A DNA stretch of 64,000 nucleotides, from the IMG/VR virus record IMGVR_UViG_3300013315_000010, positions 1,407 to 65,406 of that record; one strand, 5' to 3'. Below the pieces are notes generated by a model. It was not told the DNA's origin. It saw only the letters and a program-made list of their open reading frames with translations, and searched no databases. Below, piece by piece: positions 1 through 6,828 of the stretch; positions within the stretch are counted from its first letter, which is position 1, and each line of letters begins with the position of its first letter. Source of the stretch: a virus. Taxonomy: Duplodnaviria > Caudoviricetes. The translations under genes and the position numbers were made by a program.

Positions 1-1
1 C

Positions 2-1117
2 GGCAAGCCTATCCCCAACTCCCTTAAGAAGGGGCTCGGGATGGCTTTTGCAAAATTTGACCAGTACCAGCTGGCCAAGTACCGGGGTGAGGGTAAGTCC
101 CTCGGCCTGGTTGACCTGGCAAACCTGGTACACCCCCGGCCAACTGGCCGGAACGCTGAAGCGTTGACCCAGCTGGTCAACGGCACACTCCGGAGCACGG
201 GGACCTGGGAGTCCAAACTCTCCGCTGCCGGTAAGTCCGAGAACAAGGCCGAAGCAAAAGTCGAAGCCTGGCAGGAGCTGCTCGTGTCCGGACGCATCGG
301 GTACTTTGCCCTGCTCCGCAACCTGTGCAACATTGCAACCGATGCTCCCCACCTGATCGATCGGGCATGTGAGCTACTCACCAACGAGGCGGCAATTCAC
401 CGCAGCCTGGTGTTGCCCTTCAGGTTCAGCACAGCTTACACCCAGGTGGAAGGGCATGATCGTCGGCTTATTGTTGCCCTGAACAAAGCCGTTGACCTTT
501 CGTGCACCAACGTGCCCGACATGCCCAACAGCTTGGTGGTTGTAGACTACAGCTCCTCCATGGGAGAAGGCTACGACAGCAACAGAGGGAAAGGCACACT
601 CCTTGGAGCAGTGTTGGCCAAGCGGTCCAATGCAGACTTTATGATCTTTGGGGATAATGCAGCATACGTCCCCTACAATCCCGTGGACTCAACCCTAACA
701 CTGTGGGAAAGGTTCATGGCCAACAACCAAGGCTGGCAAAACAACATCTATTCAACCCAAAGGAAGTTCACCAACAAGTCCGGGGTTGGTGGTATAGAGG
801 TTGGTCACGGGACAAACTTCAATGACATCTTCGACACAGCCGCCAAGCCCTACGATCGCATCTTTGTCTTTAGCGATATGCAAGGGTGGCGTGGGGGTGG
901 AGCCCCCATACATGCCGTGGAGAACTACAAAAAGCGGCACAAGTGCAACCCGTTCATCTACTCCATGGACATGACAGGCTCGGGTACCATGATGTTTCAT
1001 CCAGGCAATGTTGCCGCCATCCCGGGGTTTTCGGAAAAGATCTTTGATCTGATTCGAGTCCTGGAGCAGGACAAGAATGCCTTGATCAAAAAGATCGAGG
1101 CAATACGGTTCGTATAA
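2..1117 (+). CDS. TROVE (Ro60/Rsr-like) + vWA domain RNA-binding protein, 5'-truncated by the window edge
   Basis: Frame is open from nt 2 (GKPIPNSLKKGLGMAFAKFDQYQLAKY). TROVE motifs KFDxYQLAKY and YFALLRNL are present, followed by a vWA MIDAS motif (VVVDYSSSM ... FVFSDMQ). Confidence 0.88.
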   Translation, partial: GKPIPNSLKKGLGMAFAKFDQYQLAKYRGEGKSLGLVDLANLVHPRPTGRNAEALTQLVNGTLRSTGTWESKLSAAGKSENKAEAKVEAWQELLVSGRIGYFALLRNLCNIATDAPHLIDRACELLTNEAAIHRSLVLPFRFSTAYTQVEGHDRRLIVALNKAVDLSCTNVPDMPNSLVVVDYSSSMGEGYDSNRGKGTLLGAVLAKRSNADFMIFGDNAAYVPYNPVDSTLTLWERFMANNQGWQNNIYSTQRKFTNKSGVGGIEVGHGTNFNDIFDTAAKPYDRIFVFSDMQGWRGGGAPIHAVENYKKRHKCNPFIYSMDMTGSGTMMFHPGNVAAIPGFSEKIFDLIRVLEQDKNALIKKIEAIRFV

Positions 1118-1118
1118 C

Positions 1119-1493
1119 ATGCGCCCCATTGAGATCGGGGAGGTTTATCAGATCCACTATGGCCCAAAGTACCTTAAAGCCTTTGGGCCTATTTACCATC
1201 ATCGTCACTGCCGGGTGATAGCCAAAGCTGCCAAGGGCCACAACTGTTTGGTGGTCCTTAAGGGTGGGACCAATGTCATCATCCCTGCAGGAAATCTGAT
1301 TCCATATTACCCGGGGATGATTGAGTCAGAGCACACTCATCGGACTGGCAAGTACGCCTTCAAGGTTCGAGTGTGGAATTGCTGTGAGAACCTTTGGGAG
1401 CTTTTGCTCTCCAGCCGGTACCCGGAGCGATATACCTGGAAGCCTGTTTGTCCAACGTGTGGATCAACAATCAAAGCGGAGAACAAAGTATGA
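1119..1493 (+). CDS. hypothetical protein with C-terminal CxxC
   Basis: 124-aa ORF immediately after TROVE; overlaps the next start (ATGA). Confidence 0.6.
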   Translation: MRPIEIGEVYQIHYGPKYLKAFGPIYHHRHCRVIAKAAKGHNCLVVLKGGTNVIIPAGNLIPYYPGMIESEHTHRTGKYAFKVRVWNCCENLWELLLSSRYPERYTWKPVCPTCGSTIKAENKV

Positions 1494-1642
1494 GTGACGA
1501 GACAGCGGACATCGAGATCGAGATCGAGATCGAACCTTCTGACGAGGAAACAGATGTTGATGACTTTGAAGATGGCGAGCTTGTGTTCTTTATCGCTGAG
1601 GTTGATGAGGATCAGGTAACTGATCTTTTCGATGACGATTAA
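1490..1642 (+). CDS. very acidic 50-aa protein (possible nucleic-acid mimic)
   Basis: ATG at 1490 overlaps the upstream stop. MSDETADIEIEIEIEP...DLFDDD has 24/50 D/E and no K/R. Confidence 0.65.
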   Translation: MSDETADIEIEIEIEPSDEETDVDDFEDGELVFFIAEVDEDQVTDLFDDD

Positions 1643-1658
1643 GTTTTATACATACTTT

Positions 1659-1807
1659 TCAAGTTCGGGGCGCAATGACGAGTTGTGCCCTCACGGATGG
1701 GTACCCGGGCAATCAACCTGCAGGGGTTGTGATGGTCAGGCAATTGTCAGATCTGGGTGGCATACCCGGGTGCGGGAGCTTTGGGTGGGGAATCCAAAGG
1801 AACTTGA
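1659..1807 (+). ncRNA. candidate structured small RNA (Y-RNA-sized, 4-way junction)
   Basis: Closing helix TCAAGTTC 1659-66 / GAACTTGA 1800-07. Arms: 1668-76/1682-90, 1701-09/1765-73 and 1779-86/1792-99. Lies 12 nt upstream of a tRNA-like gene. Confidence 0.55.
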
Positions 1808-1819
1808 TCAATTTCATAT

Positions 1820-1905
1820 CCCCGGGCATTGGGTATGTGGTGAACCCAAGTGGCTGTAAACCACCCGTTTCGGCTGTGCAGGTTCGACTCCTGCCCCGTG
1901 GACCA
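1820..1905 (+). tRNA. atypical tRNA-Tyr(GTA)
   Basis: Acceptor CCCCGGG/CCCGTGG, A73, encoded CCA. Anticodon loop CTGTAAA (GTA at 1856-58). Short variable arm CCG-TTT-CGG; T arm GCAGG-TTCGACT-CCTGC. Confidence 0.8.
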
Positions 1906-1988
1906 ATTAAAATTATTCTTGGGGTGAATACCCCCCTCCCCCTGTGGGACATTTTCAACAAGCAATTGTTACAGGTCCCATGGGATGA

Positions 1989-2022
1989 CCGGCGTGGGGT
2001 TAACCTCCTTCCCCCACGCCGG
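1989..2022 (+). other. 11-bp GC-rich hairpin with anti-SD-like loop
   Basis: CCGGCGTGGGG / CCCCACGCCGG stem; the loop contains ACCTCCTT. Confidence 0.6.
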
Positions 2023-2059
2023 ATTATCTATTTCGAAAAGCGGACATAAACGGGACACC

Positions 2060-2392
2060 ATGAAAAAACTATTTGTCATATTGCTGGTTTTGTTTGTCCT
2101 GTTTGGCCAGGCCCTGGCAGGGAGTCTCTCTCTTGCTTGGGATCATACCGGCACCCAGCCGGATGGGTTCAAACTTTTTATGCGCGAGAGCGGCAGGAGT
2201 TACAACTACTCCACTCCCGTGTGGACTGGGACAGCCAAGACCTGCACAATCACAAACCTTGCGGGTGGGGAAACTTACTTCTTTGTTGTCCGTGCTTTTC
2301 TCGGCACCGAGTCAAGTGTCAATTCAAATGAAGTGACATTCACAACCACACTCCCAGGTAAACCATCAGGGATCGGGTTATCCGATCAATAA
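2060..2392 (+). CDS. secreted fibronectin type III domain protein
   Basis: Signal peptide MKKLFVILLVLFVLFGQALA, then an FN3 pattern (LAWD...FKLF...TITNL...TYFFVVRAF...SNEV). Start is 2060 rather than the track's 1985. Confidence 0.8.
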   Translation: MKKLFVILLVLFVLFGQALAGSLSLAWDHTGTQPDGFKLFMRESGRSYNYSTPVWTGTAKTCTITNLAGGETYFFVVRAFLGTESSVNSNEVTFTTTLPGKPSGIGLSDQ

Positions 2393-2404
2393 CGGAGCAA
2401 GATT

Positions 2405-2668
2405 ATGTTTCTGATTTCGACACCTCAACCAGCAGCTGAGGTTGATCTTTTTGTCATCGACATCGATGGAACTGTACACAACAGTCCTCCCCAGGTTGAT
2501 GGATCTTTGGCTCGGTTGCACTTTGAGCTACCCAGCCTTTCCTTTGGTAACCACACAGCAACAGTTCGGGCCGTCAATGAGTGGGGGGACGGCCAGTGGT
2601 CGGACCCTTTCGACTTCGTCGTACAATTACCCTCCAAAGTTTCTGGGCTTGGATTGTCCGTGGATTAA
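2405..2668 (+). CDS. FN3/Ig-like small protein
   Basis: HTATVRAVNEWGDGQWSDP is an FN3 F-G strand pattern. Its C-terminus LPSKVSGLGLS resembles LPGKPSGIGLS of the upstream gene. Confidence 0.65.
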   Translation: MFLISTPQPAAEVDLFVIDIDGTVHNSPPQVDGSLARLHFELPSLSFGNHTATVRAVNEWGDGQWSDPFDFVVQLPSKVSGLGLSVD

Positions 2669-2708
2669 GGGGATCACCCTTTACCTACCTGAGAGTGTAG
2701 CCCATCGT

Positions 2709-2750
2709 GGGCTGATAGTTTAATTGGGAAAACATCAGTCTGGTCCACCA
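2709..2750 (+). pseudogene. tRNA remnant (acceptor-like stem plus D arm only)
   Basis: GGGCTGA-TA-GTTT-AATTGGGA-AAAC-A-TCAGTCT-GGTCCACCA. No anticodon arm or T arm. Confidence 0.45.
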
Positions 2751-2760
2751 CATAACACAC

Positions 2761-2838
2761 GCTCTCATGGACCAAACAGGCAAAGGTCACGAGACTTTCA
2801 ATCTCGGTGCGGCAGTTCAAGTCTGCCTGGGAGCACCA
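2761..2838 (+). tRNA. tRNA-Glu(TTC)
   Basis: Acceptor GCTCTCA/TGGGAGC, D stem GACC/GGTC, anticodon arm CGAGA-CTTTCAA-TCTCG, T arm GGCAG-TTCAAGT-CTGCC, encoded CCA. Confidence 0.92.
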
Positions 2839-2847
2839 TTAAAATTT

Positions 2848-2925
2848 GCGGGTATAGTCCAACTGGCAGGAGACAGCAGTCTTAGAAACTGAACAGTGGT
2901 GGTTCAAATCCATCTACCCGTACCA
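2848..2925 (+). tRNA. tRNA-Leu(TAG), no long variable arm
   Basis: Acceptor GCGGGTA/TACCCGT, anticodon arm CAGT-CTTAGAA-ACTG, T arm GGTGG-TTCAAAT-CCATC, encoded CCA. Confidence 0.9.
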
Positions 2926-2934
2926 TTCCTTCTT

Positions 2935-3010
2935 GCCACTGTAGCTCACCAGGTAGAGCCCCTGTCTTGTAAACAGGGGGTAGGGGGTTCGAGTCCTCCC
3001 AGTGGCTCCA
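2935..3010 (+). tRNA. tRNA-Thr(TGT)
   Basis: Canonical cloverleaf: acceptor GCCACTG/CAGTGGC, anticodon arm CCTGT-CTTGTAA-ACAGG, encoded CCA. Confidence 0.95.
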
Positions 3011-3037
3011 TCCTAAAATAACAATGCTTTTTATTTT

Positions 3038-3061
3038 AAGGGCACTTGAGTGGCCTTTTTT
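3038..3061 (+). terminator. intrinsic terminator after the tRNA cluster
   Basis: AAGGGCAC-TTGA-GTGGCC followed by a T run. Confidence 0.55.
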
Positions 3062-3159
3062 CTACGATCTCACCTCAGCCCATACCTACCTATGGGGTGC
3101 CTATGCCCCCCCGCTATATCACCCATTTCCACACTCCACAAAAATAACAAGGTGACACT

Positions 3160-3414
3160 ATGATTCAAAAAGATCCTTTAGGCCAGGCTATCCAAGGGTT
3201 CGCTCCCAAGAAAATTGTGGCAATCACAGCGACATCGGCTTGGACACCCTCGGCATACGATATTGCCTTTCGTGTTGGGCAATCCTGTAATTATTACATG
3301 GCATCCACAGGCAGTGGAAATTCTGCCGCGTTATCAGCAGGTGCAATCACGGTGATCAACAAGCTCGCCGGTACATACACATTCGACACGACAATGAAGA
3401 TTGAGGTAATGTAA
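3160..3414 (+). CDS. hypothetical virion-module protein
   Basis: 84-aa ORF with RBS-like AAGGTGA; coupled to the next gene. Confidence 0.65.
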   Translation: MIQKDPLGQAIQGFAPKKIVAITATSAWTPSAYDIAFRVGQSCNYYMASTGSGNSAALSAGAITVINKLAGTYTFDTTMKIEVM

Positions 3415-6311
3415 TGCTTATCAACTCACCCATGCTCAACGATGTTCAAGATGGAGCCTTTTGCTCAATCCCATTAAAAACCAATTTGAACGCTCTTGGT
3501 GCTGGCATGGGGGTTGGTAGTGTTGCCCGTGCCAGTGCCAGGACAAGGATCAATCCAAACACAGGGCTCATTGAAGAACTGTGGGGGGATAGAAGCCAAC
3601 TAATTGATACCACTACTGGACAAAATCCAACAGACGCTGATAGTTGGTGGAGTAAAATTAACTGTTCTGTTGATAGTGCTGGTGGGGTAATAGCCAGTGG
3701 TGGGCTTGTCCAACATTATATCAATCGTACTGGTATAGTGAGCGCTGGCGCTTATATTTTTTCTGCTAAAATTAAACCAGGTGTTTTAACTTGGGCAAGA
3801 CTCTACTCGTACACTGGTAATAGTTACGGCGGGTATATTGATATTGTTAATGGAGTTATCGGTGGAACAAGTTGGGGAGGGGCAGTGTTAAACTGCTCTG
3901 ACAGTCTTGACGCTGATGGATATAGAAAAGTTTGGATGTATTTTGTACCATCGGCATCTGGAAATATCCAAATTTTTGCAAGCGAAGCTGATGCAGATGA
4001 TTTTTACAGTGGAGATGACGAAACTCTTATCTACATTAAAGAGATCATGCTCGAAACCCTTCCCTCCAACGGAGCACTCGGACCCGACTTGATGGATCAG
4101 GAAGCGTTAACTGCACGGGTAGAAGGATACACGCTTGTTGTTGGTACAGTTTATAAAATAGTTTCAAGAGCAACGCTTGATTTTACTACTGTTGGGGCAG
4201 CAGACAATACAGCCGGAACATACTTTATATGCCATACAGCAGCAGTTCTTGGGTCAGGAGATGCCGCTTCCGATGTCACGGCTCCAGCCAAAGGCAGCTT
4301 GCACGGCATAGCTATGCTGGCGGGTAGCACAGAACTTGTGACCAATGGGACAATGGAGACAACGGATAATTGGCGAGCTACCGGAACTCCGGTGTCGCAA
4401 GGGCAGTCATCGGCGCAAAAGTATGTTGGGACATACTCATGGGAATTTACGGTTGATGGAGCAAATGAAGGAATCTTTACAAACCCCGGTACTTACCCAA
4501 TGTCGGTCAGTGCTGGCAAGCTTTATAAATATGAATTTTATGTGTACCCACCCAGCACCACAGTCAGGATTAGAATAAGGTCGGGAGATAACAGTGTTGA
4601 TGATCTTAGCCGCGTAGTCACTGGATTAACGGCATCTACTTGGAATAAAGTATCTGGATATTATGTGGCTAAAACCACCGGATCAGATACCTTTGTTTTA
4701 TTTTCTTCCGGTGATGAAACCTCTGGTACTTGGTATATTGACAATGTCTCCGTCCGTCAAGTCCAGACCGGATGGACCCGCTACGGCACCAACACAATGG
4801 AGATTGACGAAGCCGAAGGTTCCGGGGGGGCGCTAAAGATAACGTATGTTGACCAGAGCGAAGGTGGAGATTTGACCTTTAGAGACTCGTCTGATTGCTC
4901 ATCTGATTTGACAGCGTGGAAAACATATTTGATTTCATTTAAGGCCAAGGTATCGTCTGGAGCAAGTATTGCCGTGAGAGGTAATTGGAACGCAAATCCT
5001 TGGACTTTGCAAGCGGAAATTATGCTTACTCAAACTTCTTTGACTCAGTACTCTTTTGTGGCAAAGGTAAACAATGTAGCCTTTAATCTTCGATTTGCTT
5101 ATATGGGCGCTGGCGAATCCGTCTGGATTGACGACATCACAATAAAAGAAGTTCCATTTGAAGCCGCGCTCCAACCATCGGATTATATCAACAGCGCCAC
5201 AATCCCAGCACAGCCAGCATTTGAGGCAAACGGATTGCACTATAGTCCGGGTGGAACAAATCTGTTTCTGTATAGTGAAAACCAATCAAATTGGTCAGCG
5301 TTTGGGCGGTTAAAAACTTCTGGATTAACCCTGGTTGCAGATCCAGCGGACGGAACAAATGGATGGCCCATGATTCCGACAACAGAGAGTGGGGAACACT
5401 ACTGTCTTAAAACCTTTACCGGCACCGTCCTTGATAACACAAGCTACTGTTTTAGTGCATTTGTCAAACCTGGGACTCCCATATCTGGTGAAACGGATGT
5501 TTTTGCTGGATTGCAGTATGGTCTAAAAGATGGGTCATATAAACATTCAACTTTTAATCTATCCACTGGAAGTCTCGCGGATGTAAACACAACACTGCAT
5601 GGGATTTCAGGTCCGTATAATGGGTATTATCATATTTGGTCCGTTGTAAATTTTCTTTCTGGTGTAACAACCCCATATTTTAGACTTGAAATTTATAAAA
5701 ATGCGACGACCACTTCTTTTATCGGGGATAATGCTACCCCATCTTTTTGGATTTTTGGCGCTCAACTCACTGCCACCACTTTCCCGTTGCCCTACATCCC
5801 GACCAACGGCGCAATGGTCAGCACGGCTGCCGAGACTATCCGATGGACGTTATCTGATGCGTTGAAAGATATTGCGAGTACTGCCGTTGGTGGAGCAACC
5901 GCGCAGGGGACTTTGATTTTTGATTTGGTAATGGGATCGTCTTCTGTTACCAGCGATCAGGGTATATTAGCGTTTCGTGACACAAGCAATTACAGTTTAG
6001 TTTCTGTAAACAGCGCACCAAGACTGTTTTCGTCAGATGGCACTTCAACGCCAAATATGGGGACTACTCCGCTATCTTATAACGTGCTAACCATGGGATC
6101 GTTGACATGGCAATCCGGTGGAAATTTCCAACTTGGTTATAAACCATCTGGCAGTGCGTGGTCGTTTGGGACTGCCACGGCATTTGACGGAACATTTATT
6201 ATAGATACTTATTTGGCAATAGGCAATTTGGCTACCTTCCCGTTTCACATCAAAAATATTCGTTTCTTCAACAGGGCGCTTTCTACCACTGAAATTCAAA
6301 GGATGTTTTAA
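3414..6311 (+). CDS. head-spike/fibre-like adhesin with carbohydrate-binding-module-like inserts and LamG-like C-terminus
   Basis: 965 aa, beta-rich. N-terminal ARAS..TRINPNTGLIE, two repeats of an FSAxIKPG unit, IFGAQL...YIPT motif, CBM4/9-like segments (ELVTNGTME...W; YLISFKAK...WIDDITIKEV). Confidence 0.65.
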   Translation: MLINSPMLNDVQDGAFCSIPLKTNLNALGAGMGVGSVARASARTRINPNTGLIEELWGDRSQLIDTTTGQNPTDADSWWSKINCSVDSAGGVIASGGLVQHYINRTGIVSAGAYIFSAKIKPGVLTWARLYSYTGNSYGGYIDIVNGVIGGTSWGGAVLNCSDSLDADGYRKVWMYFVPSASGNIQIFASEADADDFYSGDDETLIYIKEIMLETLPSNGALGPDLMDQEALTARVEGYTLVVGTVYKIVSRATLDFTTVGAADNTAGTYFICHTAAVLGSGDAASDVTAPAKGSLHGIAMLAGSTELVTNGTMETTDNWRATGTPVSQGQSSAQKYVGTYSWEFTVDGANEGIFTNPGTYPMSVSAGKLYKYEFYVYPPSTTVRIRIRSGDNSVDDLSRVVTGLTASTWNKVSGYYVAKTTGSDTFVLFSSGDETSGTWYIDNVSVRQVQTGWTRYGTNTMEIDEAEGSGGALKITYVDQSEGGDLTFRDSSDCSSDLTAWKTYLISFKAKVSSGASIAVRGNWNANPWTLQAEIMLTQTSLTQYSFVAKVNNVAFNLRFAYMGAGESVWIDDITIKEVPFEAALQPSDYINSATIPAQPAFEANGLHYSPGGTNLFLYSENQSNWSAFGRLKTSGLTLVADPADGTNGWPMIPTTESGEHYCLKTFTGTVLDNTSYCFSAFVKPGTPISGETDVFAGLQYGLKDGSYKHSTFNLSTGSLADVNTTLHGISGPYNGYYHIWSVVNFLSGVTTPYFRLEIYKNATTTSFIGDNATPSFWIFGAQLTATTFPLPYIPTNGAMVSTAAETIRWTLSDALKDIASTAVGGATAQGTLIFDLVMGSSSVTSDQGILAFRDTSNYSLVSVNSAPRLFSSDGTSTPNMGTTPLSYNVLTMGSLTWQSGGNFQLGYKPSGSAWSFGTATAFDGTFIIDTYLAIGNLATFPFHIKNIRFFNRALSTTEIQRMF

Positions 6312-6313
6312 CA

Positions 6314-6802
6314 ATGGGCTACACTCATATGTTGTTTATTGCCGAAAGCAAATCGGCAGACATAGACGGCGTGACTGTCAATTATTATTAACTGACAAGG
6401 GGTGCGAACGTCTATCGTATTGGGACGGCAGCCTTATCAGATACGGTTGCCGATCAATACAACTATTACCATGTCGAGCTATCGCCTCCGCTCGCCCAGG
6501 AAGGAAGCCTTCATCTGTTCGATTGCTTGGTGCCTAATCAGTATGTTGGTGCTGCAAGCTTGTGCGATCAGTTTCGGGGGTGGAGTTACACTGATCTTGC
6601 GGGGCGTGTGGCGAACGGGCAAATCCCGGCATTGGTAATCAAGAAGTTTCTTCGCGTTCACTACACCGTGACTCCGGTTGATGGCGACGACACAGGGCAT
6701 CGCACAGGAACCATTAAGGAGTTTGAAGACGACACGAGTGCCGGGAAAGCTTGGAGTCGTGCCTTTATTCCGCACAAGTGGTTTGGGCAGGACTTTGAAT
6801 AG
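6314..6802 (+). pseudogene. virion-module gene interrupted by one in-frame TAA (6389-6391)
   Basis: ATG at 6314 gives MGYTHMLF...VNYY*LTRGANVY..., continuing in the same frame as ORF 6527-6802 to the stop at 6802. Confidence 0.6.
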
Positions 6803-6828
6803 GTGCATACACTTTTAGGTGAGTAGCA

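Noticed and set aside
1730-1760. GGTCAGG resembling SRP RNA domain IV
   Set aside because: The GNRA loop and AGCAG partner strand are absent.
1632-2049. ORFs 1632-1859, 1675-2049, 1713-1961 and 1747-1965
   Set aside because: They overlap the tRNA and structured RNA, lack an RBS and have no protein-like motifs.
6389-6391. Genome-wide stop-codon reassignment
   Set aside because: TAA, TAG and TGA all terminate well-conserved genes, no suppressor-anticodon tRNA was found, and only one interrupted gene was seen.
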